DNA of 64,000 bases. Origin: Cyanobacteriota bacterium. Its GTDB lineage: Bacteria; Cyanobacteriota; Cyanobacteriia; Thermostichales; Thermostichaceae. A model generated the notes under the pieces. It did no database searches. It was not told the origin of the DNA and saw nothing but the letters and a program-made list of their open reading frames with translations. The translations under genes were made by a program, and so were the position numbers. The stretch is taken from contig JANRIL010000022.1 of the NCBI GenBank assembly GCA_033764955.1, positions 8,986-72,985 on the forward strand, in the 5' to 3' direction. Below, piece by piece: positions 31,034 through 41,105 of this stretch; position 1 is the stretch's first letter; every line of letters starts with the position of its first letter.

Positions 31034-32236
31034 TTAATCAGGACGATAGCGGATCCCTGCCTTCTCCAGGCGATTCAGAGCGGATCCTAGTCGATCACAG
31101 TCGGCAATCAAGCTGATGCGGACGAAGCCTTCTCCCCCTTCCCCAAAAGCACTGCCGGGGGTCACCACCACTCCGGTAGATTCTAGTAGCCGCAGGGCGA
31201 ACTCGGTGGATCCCTCCGCTTCCCCTGTGGCAAGACGGGGAGTTGGGATCCAAAGATACATGGTGGCCTGGGTGGGGGCGATTTGCCAGCCCAATGGGGC
31301 TAAGCCCGCTATCAAAAAATCACGGCGGCGGCGGTAGCGTTCCTGCACCTGTTGTAGGTAGTGGTCAGGTAGTCCTAGGGCGGTTTCGGCGGCGGTTTGA
31401 ATGGCGGCAAAGATACCGTAATCTAGGTTGGTTTTGAGGGTGCGTAAACTTTGGATGATTTGATGATTGCCCACAACAAAACCGACTCGCCATCCAGCCA
31501 TATTGTAGGTTTTGGAAAGGGTATGGAACTCCACCCCAATCGCTTTGGCTCCAGGAATTTCTAGGAGGCTGGTGGGTTGATAGCCATCAAAAGCTAGCTC
31601 AGCATAGCAGAGGTCATGCACCAAGAGAATTTGATGGCGGGTAGCAAATTCAACGATTTCTTCAAAAAAGCGACGGGGAGCAACGGCGGCTGTGGGATTG
31701 TTGGGATAATTGAAATAAAGAACGCGGGCTTTTTGAGCCACTTCCTGAGGAATCTCCTGGAGATCGATCAACCAGTTATTTTCGGGACGCATCAGCATCG
31801 GGTAGATCTGCCCGCCCGCAATCATCGGGCCACGAAAATGAGCGGGATAAGCGGGACTGGGAACCAAAACCAGATCCCCCGGATCGACGTAGGCAAGGGC
31901 TAAATGGGTCAAGCCCTCTTTGGAACCGAGTAGGGGTAGGGCTTCTTTGTTGGGATCCAAGACCACGCCGTAGCGTCTCTGATACCAATCGGTGATGGCC
32001 TGTCGGAAGCTACTGGTTCCTTCAAAGGGGGGATATCCGTGGAAGGCTGGGTTTTGGATGGCCTGTTGCGCCGCCTCAATGACGGGCTGGGGGGTGGCAC
32101 CATCGGGATTGCCCATCCCCAAATCAATCAAATCCAGTCCCTGTTGACGCGCCCTAGCCTTCAATTCATCGAGACGAGCAAACACATAGGCAGGCAGTTT
32201 GTGCAAACGAGCAGCAGGAGTCAACAGCGTATTCAT
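31034..32236 (-). CDS. PLP-dependent class I/II aminotransferase (aspartate or LL-DAP aminotransferase-like)
   Basis: DLGMGNPD, GSKEG, NYPNNPT, DLCY, TLSKTYNMAGWRVGF. Confidence 0.92.
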   Translation of the reverse strand: MNTLLTPAARLHKLPAYVFARLDELKARARQQGLDLIDLGMGNPDGATPQPVIEAAQQAIQNPAFHGYPPFEGTSSFRQAITDWYQRRYGVVLDPNKEALPLLGSKEGLTHLALAYVDPGDLVLVPSPAYPAHFRGPMIAGGQIYPMLMRPENNWLIDLQEIPQEVAQKARVLYFNYPNNPTAAVAPRRFFEEIVEFATRHQILLVHDLCYAELAFDGYQPTSLLEIPGAKAIGVEFHTLSKTYNMAGWRVGFVVGNHQIIQSLRTLKTNLDYGIFAAIQTAAETALGLPDHYLQQVQERYRRRRDFLIAGLAPLGWQIAPTQATMYLWIPTPRLATGEAEGSTEFALRLLESTGVVVTPGSAFGEGGEGFVRISLIADCDRLGSALNRLEKAGIRYRPD

Positions 32237-32383
32237 AAAGAGCCTAAGGAACACCCCCGCTAAGGTTGCAGCAGAAGTGGCGATGGGAGGGTGTTATCTA
32301 GATTACGATTTTCTGAAAAATGCAGCAATGCCCTGGTGGGAAAGTTAATGGCTCGTGACCTGGACGGGCATCGGCAGTCGAGG

Positions 32384-32992
32384 CTAGCGCAAAAAGGCTG
32401 TAACCAGCCACATCACCACAAACGTAATCCCCACCAGAAAGGCTCCGCTCAGTCCTTCGCTAGCAAGAGCGGCTGTCAGGGCTGACGCCACAATAAATCC
32501 GGCCAATAAGGAGGCAAGAGCCAGTAGCACGGAGCGAATAAATTTGTGTTCTTTGCGATAGAGAAAATAGATGCTGGTGAATAATCCTAGAGCTAAGGGA
32601 AGAGAAGGGGTTTCCATCGGGACGAGGGCAGACCAGACCACCAATCCCCCCATGATTCCTCCGGGCAAGAGGAGGTCGCTGACGGCAGGTTGATCGACCA
32701 AACGGGTCAACCAGGTGGGCCAGTTGGGTTGGGGGCGGGTGGGGGGAAGCATCACCTCCGGTTCCACCACCTGGCGTTCGGCAAAACGAATGCGATCCGG
32801 TACGGCAATTTTGCCCTCTTTCCGCAGACGGAGGCGTTGCAGCAGAATCATGTCATAGGCTTGTTCCACCATCTCTTGTTGGAGGGCGTCATCTTTTAGG
32901 GTGGAGCGAAGGTAATCGCGTGCTGCCTGTACCTCTTCAAAAGAGGCTTCCTCGCTAATCCCCAATACTTGATAGGGACTCTTGTCTGTCAT
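32384..32992 (-). CDS. CPP1-like (DUF3353) J-like membrane protein
   Basis: SPYQVLGISEEASFEEVQAAR, AYDMILLQRLRLRKEGKIAVPDRIRFAE, C-terminal TMs. Confidence 0.88.
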   Translation of the reverse strand: MTDKSPYQVLGISEEASFEEVQAARDYLRSTLKDDALQQEMVEQAYDMILLQRLRLRKEGKIAVPDRIRFAERQVVEPEVMLPPTRPQPNWPTWLTRLVDQPAVSDLLLPGGIMGGLVVWSALVPMETPSLPLALGLFTSIYFLYRKEHKFIRSVLLALASLLAGFIVASALTAALASEGLSGAFLVGITFVVMWLVTAFLR

Positions 32993-33140
32993 ACCGACCA
33001 GCCTACAAATCTACTCAATACCTTAACCTCACTCTTTGGCTTTTGCTATTGGTTGGGCAGGCAGTCTGTGGGGATAGGAGGAGAGGGATCCCTTTCTCTG
33101 GACAACTGATTTGGTCAATCAGGGCTACGAATTTGGGCAA

Positions 33141-34160
33141 CTAGGAAATGCCAACGGTTTGTAGCTCAGATAGAAGAGAGGCGGGTCGCTGATCGTAAGG
33201 CCAAGCAAAAGCATGGCGGAAAGCAGCCTCTTGGCAGACTTGTAATTGATCAAAATCGATAATATCAAGGGTCAAAAGATTTTCATATTCAAAGGGCAAA
33301 CGGACATTATGTAGTCCGGCGTTGTCGGTGCAGATGGCAATATCCACGCCTGCCTCAAAGCAACGGTCAAAAACGATTTTGAGGGGATCGAGAGTGGACA
33401 AGGTGCCTGTTTTGACATAGGTGGTGGGGCAAACCTCCAAACACTGCCGACGGCGAGCCAGTTCGGGTAGCAGTTCTGGAAAATGCAGAGGAATTTGGAT
33501 GCCATGCCCAATGCGGGCTACATAGGGCAGCAGGTCGGGATAGCAGCCGTCTAGGGTCTCGTAGAGATGGGCGGTAGTTTTCAGTCCGGCAGCCAGGGCA
33601 TATTTATAGAGATTAATCCATTCCTCCATCCGCTCTCGGTAGGGCTTGTCTCCTCCCGCCAGATCAATGCCACAGACAAACTCAGACTCGGCGGCGGCTT
33701 CCACAATCGCCCGATTGACGGTGCTGGGCAGGCGAGAGTGTAGGCAGAGAATCTGGCTGGTAATGATGGGATATTCCTTCTGCTGGGTGGCACGCCCCAC
33801 CACCTCAATCACCTGTCGCATCTGGCGGATGCGATCGGCCTCGTCCAGGCTGGGATCCGTGCGGAGGTAGGGGGTATAGCGAATCTCTAGGTAGGCGAGA
33901 TCTTCAAAAATGTAGGCTCCCCTCAGCAGGCGGTAAATGAAATAGGGCAGGGTTTGAATGGTCTGCACCTGCTCCACCAGGGTATGCAGTTCCAGGTAGT
34001 CTTCCAGGGTATTGCGGGGACGAGTGTAAAAATCTTCAAACTCGGGATAGAGGGGAAATTGCTCGGCTAACGGGGATCCATGGCGATGCAGATACCGCCA
34101 TAGCACCCTCGGAACGACGGATCCACCCAAGTGACGGTGCAGTTCAGCATGTAAAGCCAT
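33141..34160 (-). CDS. Adenosine deaminase-family protein
   Basis: AELHRHLGGS, YLEIRYTP, GIDLAG, RIGHG, LEVCPT, TDN. Confidence 0.9.
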   Translation of the reverse strand: MALHAELHRHLGGSVVPRVLWRYLHRHGSPLAEQFPLYPEFEDFYTRPRNTLEDYLELHTLVEQVQTIQTLPYFIYRLLRGAYIFEDLAYLEIRYTPYLRTDPSLDEADRIRQMRQVIEVVGRATQQKEYPIITSQILCLHSRLPSTVNRAIVEAAAESEFVCGIDLAGGDKPYRERMEEWINLYKYALAAGLKTTAHLYETLDGCYPDLLPYVARIGHGIQIPLHFPELLPELARRRQCLEVCPTTYVKTGTLSTLDPLKIVFDRCFEAGVDIAICTDNAGLHNVRLPFEYENLLTLDIIDFDQLQVCQEAAFRHAFAWPYDQRPASLLSELQTVGIS

Positions 34161-34257
34161 GACATTTGCTCCCTGTTTAATTTTACTCTTAGCCAAGAAT
34201 GTTCGGAATGTCTAGGTTGAGATCCGTCAACGTGACGTGGCAAGAGGGGAGGAATGC

Positions 34258-35661
34258 TCAGGGAGTTGCCCAGGTTTCTGCCCAATTCAGGAGCGCTTCT
34301 GCCCTGTCGAGATCCTCAGCTTCGGCGTAGAGGCGCAACAGGGGTTCGGTGCCACTGCCGCGAATCATCAGCCAACTGCCATCCCCTAACGAAAACTTGT
34401 GTCCATCCTGGCTGAAGTGCCTGAGCACGGGCTGTCCCAATAATGCCTGGGGGGGATCCTGGTGAAGTTGCTGGAGGAGGCGATGGGGTTGAAGCGGATC
34501 GAGAAGGCGGAGATCGCGGCGGCGATAGACGGAGTGATAGGCCACTTGGTTTTGAATGGTGGCATAGATCTGGCTTAGATCCAGTCCGGTATCCGCCACG
34601 GCTTCCAGCAGATAAAGGGCAGACAACATCGCATCCCGCTCCGGCATGTGATTGAGATAGCCAATGCCCCCAGATTCTTCCCCCCCCAGCAGTACGGGCG
34701 TGGTCATCATCCGCTCCGCGATGTACTTAAACCCGACGGGCGTTTCGGTTACGGGCAGGTGATAGCGATCCGCCACCTTGCGAAACAATTCGGAACCACT
34801 CACGGTTTTCACCACTTCTCCTCGCCAGCCCCGCCGTTCTGCCAAATGTTCGATCAAGATGGGAATCAAAATTTGGGGGCTGAGAAACCGTCCTTGCCCA
34901 TCGATGGCGGCAATTCGATCCGCGTCCCCATCAAAGACCAGCCCAACTTTCAGGGGATGGGGAGTTTGGGCTATCATCTGCATCGTCTCTGCTAACGCCT
35001 TGGGCAGAGGTTCCGGCGCATAGCCCCCAAATAAGGGATCCCGATTGGCTCGCCGCTCCTCCACATGGGATCCCAACAGGCGGGCCATCCCCCCTGCCCC
35101 CGAACCGTGCATGACATCCACCCAGACTTTGGCAGGGGAACGGCGCAGTTTTTCTAAATCAACGTGGCGGCTGAGTTGAGCACAATAATCCGGCCAGGGA
35201 TCAAAGGACGTAATCGGGGCTGGCGAGGGGTGAGCCATCGGTAAAGTGGACTGCTCAAGGATCTGCTCAATCTGCTGGGTGAGGTCGGAGCCAATCGAGC
35301 CGCCAAAACTACCCTTCACTTTCATGCCGGAATATTCGGGCGGGTTATGGCTAGCCGTGATCACCAAAGCGCCGTGGGATCCCTGCTGCCGAACCGCCCA
35401 ACTAAAGGCGGGAGTGGGAGCCGCCCCTTGGGAGAGGTGTACCGGGATCCCTAGAGCCGCCACCGCTGCTGCCGCCTCAGCCGCAAATTGTTCCGACAAA
35501 AAGCGATGGTCATAGCCCACAACGATATGATCCCCAGGGAAGGTGGCGGCCAAAACCTGGGCGCTGGCTTGCGCCACCTGCTTCACCCGCTCGACGGTAA
35601 AGCCATCGGCAATCACGGCGCGCCAACCATCCGTACCAAATCGGATTTTGCAAGCAGACAT
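34258..35661 (-). CDS. Phosphoglucomutase/phosphomannomutase
   Basis: FGTDGWR, TASHNP, FDGDADR, GGEESGG, RGSGTEP. Confidence 0.95.
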   Translation of the reverse strand: MSACKIRFGTDGWRAVIADGFTVERVKQVAQASAQVLAATFPGDHIVVGYDHRFLSEQFAAEAAAAVAALGIPVHLSQGAAPTPAFSWAVRQQGSHGALVITASHNPPEYSGMKVKGSFGGSIGSDLTQQIEQILEQSTLPMAHPSPAPITSFDPWPDYCAQLSRHVDLEKLRRSPAKVWVDVMHGSGAGGMARLLGSHVEERRANRDPLFGGYAPEPLPKALAETMQMIAQTPHPLKVGLVFDGDADRIAAIDGQGRFLSPQILIPILIEHLAERRGWRGEVVKTVSGSELFRKVADRYHLPVTETPVGFKYIAERMMTTPVLLGGEESGGIGYLNHMPERDAMLSALYLLEAVADTGLDLSQIYATIQNQVAYHSVYRRRDLRLLDPLQPHRLLQQLHQDPPQALLGQPVLRHFSQDGHKFSLGDGSWLMIRGSGTEPLLRLYAEAEDLDRAEALLNWAETWATP

Positions 35662-35809
35662 AAAGCTCCTGTCTGGGTTTGTTCTAGCCTATCAGTCTGG
35701 AGGACAACCCTGGCTGGCTACCGTTGCCGCCGGTAAGAGGGTGGGGGGCGGGTGAGATTCTGGGGATCCCGTGGCACAATCAAGGCATGAGCAGGGGACT
35801 TGAACGGAT

Positions 35810-37720
35810 ATGAACGAGACCATCCTGGCGGGGCGCTATGTGATCGTCCGTTCGTTGGGCAAAGGGGGATTTGGGGAAACCTATCTCTCCCAGGATCGCC
35901 ATCTGCCGGATCATCCCCTCTGTGTGGTGAAACGCCTCAAACCCCAGCAGGCCAACAATCCGGTCAACCTGCGCCTCTTCAACCAAGAAGCGGAGATTCT
36001 CTACCGTTTGGGATCCCATCCGCAAATCCCCAAATTGCAGGCTCACTTTGAGCAGGAGGGGGAGTATTTTTTGGTACAGGACTATATTGAAGGGCATAAC
36101 CTGAGCCAGGAACTCGGCGCGGAAAAGCCCTGGTCAGAAACGGCTGTCATTCAATTTTTGCAAGAGATTTTACAGATTTTGGTGTTTGTTCATCAGCAAC
36201 AGATCATCCACCGCGACATCAAACCCGCCAATATCATGCGGCGGCGGCAGGACAACCAATTGATGCTGATTGATTTTGGCTCGGTTAAGCAAATCACCTC
36301 TCAATTCGGGGAAACTGCTGGAGAACGGGGGATGACCGTCGGGATCCACAGTTTGGGCTACTCCCCCCTCGAACAAATGGAAGGACGCCCACAACTGAGC
36401 AGTGATATTTATTCGGTGGGGATGGTGGCGCTCCATGCCCTAACGGGGATCAACCCCAGTCAATTGCCGCGCCGCGCCGGTGACTTTGAAATTCTCTGGC
36501 GGGAACATATCCGTGTCAGCGCGGGCTTTGCTGCTATTTTGGATCGCATGGCGCAAAGTCACTACAGTCGCCGCTATGCCTCAGCGGTGGAAGCCCTGCA
36601 AGCCCTGGAAAAACTGGTGGGGGAAGGGGAAAAGAAGCAACCCTTTGGTCGGTTTCGCCTGCCGTTTGCCCTGAGATCCCCGCCCACTGCTCCCCCCATC
36701 ACCGCCAAGGTGGAGAGTGGCAAGGTAACGACCACCCAAACCAACTCTCCCAAACCCAATGCCAGCCAAACCTCTCCTACCGGACAGGGATCCCCAGGTT
36801 CAGTCGGCAAAAAATCAACCACCTCCAGCCAACTCACCTTTGCCCTACAACATACTTTTTTGGCTCATCCGGGTGGGGTGCGTGCCTTAGTCATCAGTTG
36901 GGACGAGCAATTGTTGATCAGTGGTGGAGCGGATCGCCTCGTAAAAGTTTGGCATCTGACTTCCGGTGAGTTGCAGCATACCTTCTCCGGTCATCAGGGG
37001 ATAGTTTTTTCCCTGGCTTTCAATGGTATTCAACATCAGGTGATCAGCAGCAGTGATGATAAAAGCATCCGTATTTGGGATTTGACAGGGGGTGGCTGTG
37101 CCCAAACCATAAGCAGTCGAACCGATTGGGCAACCGCCATGTCCGTTAGCCCCGATGGACGAACCTTGATCACAGGCAACAGCGATGGATCCTTGAAACT
37201 TCAATCTCTGCCAGAAGGTCAACTCCTTTACACCTTGAAAGGACATGCCGCTCTGATCAACAGCCTCAGCTTGACTCAGGATGGAGAAACCCTAGTCAGT
37301 GGCAGCAGTGACAACAGTCTGCGGGTTTGGAGCCTCAGCAAAGGGCAAGTCCTCAAAACTCTGCAAGGACACAGTGATTGGGTAAATGCCGTGGTCATCG
37401 ATCCGCAGGGGCAGATGGTGGTGAGTGGTAGCAGTGACCACACCCTAAAAATTTGGGATCCCCAGCAGGGGAAAGTACGCCATACCCTGAAGAGTCATAC
37501 TCAACGGGTGACCTGTTTGGCTAAGCCAACCCTGGGATCCGGTTTGGTCAGTGGTAGCGCCGATCGCACCCTCAAAGTCTGGAACCTAGATAAAGCCAAA
37601 GAAGTTGCCACGCTACGGGGACATGCTGGTATGGTGACTGCCGCCGCCATCAGTATGGATGGGAAAATCTTGGTGAGTGGGGGCTGGGATGGACAGATCA
37701 AAATTTGGCAGTCCCCCTGA
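35810..37720 (+). CDS. Ser/Thr protein kinase with C-terminal WD40 propeller
   Basis: LGKGGFG, CVVK, HRDIKPAN, DFG; seven GH...WD-like repeats. Confidence 0.95.
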   Translation: MNETILAGRYVIVRSLGKGGFGETYLSQDRHLPDHPLCVVKRLKPQQANNPVNLRLFNQEAEILYRLGSHPQIPKLQAHFEQEGEYFLVQDYIEGHNLSQELGAEKPWSETAVIQFLQEILQILVFVHQQQIIHRDIKPANIMRRRQDNQLMLIDFGSVKQITSQFGETAGERGMTVGIHSLGYSPLEQMEGRPQLSSDIYSVGMVALHALTGINPSQLPRRAGDFEILWREHIRVSAGFAAILDRMAQSHYSRRYASAVEALQALEKLVGEGEKKQPFGRFRLPFALRSPPTAPPITAKVESGKVTTTQTNSPKPNASQTSPTGQGSPGSVGKKSTTSSQLTFALQHTFLAHPGGVRALVISWDEQLLISGGADRLVKVWHLTSGELQHTFSGHQGIVFSLAFNGIQHQVISSSDDKSIRIWDLTGGGCAQTISSRTDWATAMSVSPDGRTLITGNSDGSLKLQSLPEGQLLYTLKGHAALINSLSLTQDGETLVSGSSDNSLRVWSLSKGQVLKTLQGHSDWVNAVVIDPQGQMVVSGSSDHTLKIWDPQQGKVRHTLKSHTQRVTCLAKPTLGSGLVSGSADRTLKVWNLDKAKEVATLRGHAGMVTAAAISMDGKILVSGGWDGQIKIWQSP

Positions 37721-37773
37721 TGGTCACTGAGGAACTGGGTTGGATTCTGTTTTTGTCGATTAAATGCTGTCTA

Positions 37774-38115
37774 CTAATCTTGAATGGATTCCTCTGTGGA
37801 TGGTGGGTTGAGGATCGGATCCACCTCCGTGTCTGCCTCTGGGGTATAGTCCACCATCAAATCCACCCGTGTCGCAATAATGGCAATAGCCTGTCGGATC
37901 GCCGTCATTTGATCATTCAAACTGGCAATATCTGCTTCCAGAGCCGTAAAGCGTGTCTCTGGATCGGAAACCATGCCCTGCCCAAAATAGTCCTGGAATA
38001 CCCTCACTACAGCTTCCTGCATTGAGGGGATCCCTCGTTCTGCCTGGAACTGGGCCAGTTGTTCCTGAAGTGAAGCGGGCAAGATCTCAGACAGATGGGA
38101 TTCAAAAGTATCCAT
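37774..38115 (-). CDS. Hypothetical protein (short DNA-binding-like segment plus coiled coil)
   Basis: LPASLQEQLAQFQAERGIPSMQEAVVRVFQDYF followed by heptad-like RFTALEADIASL. Confidence 0.6.
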   Translation of the reverse strand: MDTFESHLSEILPASLQEQLAQFQAERGIPSMQEAVVRVFQDYFGQGMVSDPETRFTALEADIASLNDQMTAIRQAIAIIATRVDLMVDYTPEADTEVDPILNPPSTEESIQD

Positions 38116-38183
38116 AGATGGCGGTCGCAGATGCCCGGTAGCGGAGGGGAATGGTCAGGCAAAGCCTATCCTTCAATATATCT

Positions 38184-39473
38184 TCAATAGGTGACGCTGA
38201 CTTCAGCTAACGCAGATTCTGGCCCTACCAACGAGATCACCGGATCGGTTAGGTAGGTTTGCGCCACCCGATGCAGGGACTGAGGGGTGACGGCTTTCAC
38301 CAGGCTGGGGTAGGTCTGATCAAACTCCATCCCCAGTTGTAACACCTCATACCAACCCAACATTTGGGCAATTTGGGCATTGGTTTGTTTGCTCAAGGCG
38401 TATTGCCCCAAAACCTTACGCTGACAAACGGCCACCTCGGAGGGGGATAGGGGATGCTGATGCAGGCGATCCAACTCGGCTTGCAAGCCTGCTAACGCTG
38501 TTTGGGTATTGTCAGCGGCGGTTCCCAAATAAGCAACGAAGGGAGCAGGATCGCGGCGGGTGGCAAAAAAGGCGGACACCTCGTAGGCCAGTCCCCGCTT
38601 TTCCCGCAGCTCCACAAACAAGCGGCTAGATAGCCCACTGCCCAGGTAGGTAGCCAGCACCTTGAGGGGGGCATAGTCGGGATCCCCCACGGCGCACCCC
38701 CGATAGCCCAGCATAACCGTACTTTGTTGGGTGGTTTGCCCGGTTGTGCAGAGGGATCCCTGAGGCCGGGGAGGCAAGGCGGGCGGGCGGGCGGGCGGGC
38801 GGGCGGGCGGGGCAGATATCCAGGATCCGAGGTGGGAGGCGATCAGCTCTGCCAACTGATCGGCAGGTAATGGACCGACAACCGCCATGATCAGGGAATC
38901 GGGGCGAAGATGCTGGGCATGATAGGTTTGCAGATCCTGGCGAGTCAGGGATCCCAGACTGCTAGCTTTGCCCAGATGGGAAAACGCATAGGGATGGTTG
39001 TCATAGAGGATCTGGCGCAGTTGGTCATAGGCAACACTAAAAGGCCGTTCCTGTTGGGAGCGAATCGCCTGGAGCATCAACTGCTGCTCTCGCCACACCT
39101 CCGCCTCTGGAAAGATGGGATCCCGGAGGATCTCTGCCACCAAAGCCAACACCTGGGGAAGGTCTTCCGCTAGCGACTTGAGGCTGACCTCAAAATAGTC
39201 GGCGCTACTATCCACCCCAATGGCGGCTCCCAGCGACTCGACGCAACTGGCAATCGCTTGAGAATCACGGCTGGAGGTGCCTTTGGTTAAGACCGATGCC
39301 ACCAAACTGGCTAACCCCGCCTTTTCAGGAGATTCCACATAGCTACCCGCCGGAAAAAACAGACGAGCCGCCACAATATCGACTGTGGGGTTTTGGGCAA
39401 GCAGTAGTGTTAGGCCATTGGGCAGCCGCAGGCGTTGAGCCGCCTGTCTGACAGCAAGCGATGAAATCGTCAT
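38184..39473 (-). CDS. M16 family peptidase, non-catalytic subunit
   Basis: LPNGL, LTKGT without HxxEH, SSRLFVELREKRGLAY. Confidence 0.9.
   Translation of the reverse strand: MTISSLAVRQAAQRLRLPNGLTLLLAQNPTVDIVAARLFFPAGSYVESPEKAGLASLVASVLTKGTSSRDSQAIASCVESLGAAIGVDSSADYFEVSLKSLAEDLPQVLALVAEILRDPIFPEAEVWREQQLMLQAIRSQQERPFSVAYDQLRQILYDNHPYAFSHLGKASSLGSLTRQDLQTYHAQHLRPDSLIMAVVGPLPADQLAELIASHLGSWISAPPARPPARPPALPPRPQGSLCTTGQTTQQSTVMLGYRGCAVGDPDYAPLKVLATYLGSGLSSRLFVELREKRGLAYEVSAFFATRRDPAPFVAYLGTAADNTQTALAGLQAELDRLHQHPLSPSEVAVCQRKVLGQYALSKQTNAQIAQMLGWYEVLQLGMEFDQTYPSLVKAVTPQSLHRVAQTYLTDPVISLVGPESALAEVSVTY
38778..38809 (+). repeat. Intragenic tetranucleotide tandem repeat (GGCG)8
   Basis: Eight perfect GGCG units; encodes PPARPPARPP on the minus strand. 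Confidence 0.9.
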
Positions 39474-39563
39474 GGTGGGGATCCCTTTGCTCACGCAGTC
39501 GAGAATAATCGCCTTCATCACCGGAGCGGATGAGGGGGAGTGGGGTTTTGGGGTGGCGGCGGC

Positions 39564-40868
39564 CTAGTGTAGCACCAACTCTAGAGGGGGCGTAAAACTA
39601 TCCGGCACCACCTCTGGGCAGAGGGTTGTCACCACATAGGCGGCAGGCGAAAGATAGATAGCGGCTAGCTCCTGAAGCTGCTGGGCGGTGAGGGAGCGCA
39701 CCTGCTGCAAATAGTCGAGCGCCAACTCTACTCCCCCCATCAGGTGATAGTAACCATACACACTAGCCAGTTGATGGGGAGACTCGGTGGAAAAGACAAA
39801 CTCATTCACCAAAATGCGGCGGGTGCGCTCCAGTTCTTCCTGAGGAATGGGGGTTTGTTGCAGTTTGCCCATCTCCGCCAAAATGGCTTGCTCTACCATT
39901 TCAATTTGCATGGGATCCAGATAAGCACTGACATAAAACAGTCCTTGTTCCTGCTGAGAGGCTGCCGAACAGCCCACTCCTCGCACCCACCCTCGTTGTT
40001 CCCGCAACAGATTGACCAAACGAGAGGTTCGCCCATCCCCCAGGATAGAGGCCAGCATTTCTAATCCACAGGTCTCCTGCCAGTGCTTTACCCCGACAGT
40101 CGGCCAAGCCATCAACAAACGCGCCTGTTCGAGGCGGGGTTGCTGGAGATGTGCTCGACGAATACCCGTGAGGGGAGGCTCAGGAGGCAGGGAAGGAAGC
40201 AAGGGATCCCCTCCCGCAGGCAACCCACCAAAATACTGCTCCACTAAGCCCATCGCGGCATCCATATCCAGGTTGCCCACCATCACAACCGTCATATTTT
40301 CTGGAGAATACCAACGGCGGTGATACTGACGCATCAATTCGGGAGTAAAGCTGAGCAGCACCTCCGGTGTTCCCAAAACGGGTCGACCATAGGGGTGCTG
40401 TTGATAAACCGTAGACATCAGTTGGTGATAGGCCAGATAGTCAGGGTTATCAGCGGCACGGCGAATTTCTTCTAACACCACTTGCCGCTCCCGCTCAAAC
40501 TCATCCTCTGGGATAGCGGCTTGGGTGACCACCTCTGCCAAATAGGGGAAAGTTTCTGCCAAATCTTCGGCAGCCACCGTGATGTAGTAATGGGTGTAAT
40601 CCTGTCCAGTGGCGGCGTTAGTGATACCTCCCCGCCCCTCCACTGCCCGATCCAAATCTCCTGGTTTGAGGCGTTCGGTGCCCTTAAAAACCATGTGCTC
40701 TAAAAAGTGGGACATGCCTAGCAGGTCAGGCGATTCATGGCGGCCTCCCGCTTGCACCCAAATATCCACGGTTACCGCATTAGTAATAGCAATCGGTTGC
40801 AAAATCACCGTTAGCCCGTTTGTGAGTTTTTGGGTAACGGCAGGTAAAAAAGAAGTTGCGAAATTCAA
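39564..40868 (-). CDS. M16 family zinc peptidase, catalytic subunit
   Basis: HFLEHMVFKGT, NAAT, ERQVVLEE, HPYGRPVLG; TTG start. Confidence 0.93.
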   Translation of the reverse strand: MNFATSFLPAVTQKLTNGLTVILQPIAITNAVTVDIWVQAGGRHESPDLLGMSHFLEHMVFKGTERLKPGDLDRAVEGRGGITNAATGQDYTHYYITVAAEDLAETFPYLAEVVTQAAIPEDEFERERQVVLEEIRRAADNPDYLAYHQLMSTVYQQHPYGRPVLGTPEVLLSFTPELMRQYHRRWYSPENMTVVMVGNLDMDAAMGLVEQYFGGLPAGGDPLLPSLPPEPPLTGIRRAHLQQPRLEQARLLMAWPTVGVKHWQETCGLEMLASILGDGRTSRLVNLLREQRGWVRGVGCSAASQQEQGLFYVSAYLDPMQIEMVEQAILAEMGKLQQTPIPQEELERTRRILVNEFVFSTESPHQLASVYGYYHLMGGVELALDYLQQVRSLTAQQLQELAAIYLSPAAYVVTTLCPEVVPDSFTPPLELVLH

Positions 40869-41105
40869 GATTCTTAATGGGGAGGAGAACTCCTCTATTG
40901 TAGTCAGTTTGGGGGGGCTAGCGGCATTCTGGCGAACATACCGATTTTTTTACTTTTGTTTTTGGGTTCTGTTTTTTGTGCTTGTCTGGGTCATTTGGGA
41001 TCCCTGAGGGAACGGCGGTGTAGATGGAGGTTGACAGGCAGAGCGGACTGAGAGGGGCTAAACTTGACCATCTGCCACCCATTTCCCCAAGGAGGGATCC
41101 CGCCA

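Noticed and set aside
36850..37710. ~126-bp periodic repeats
   Set aside because: WD40 coding repeats, not CRISPR or a mobile repeat.
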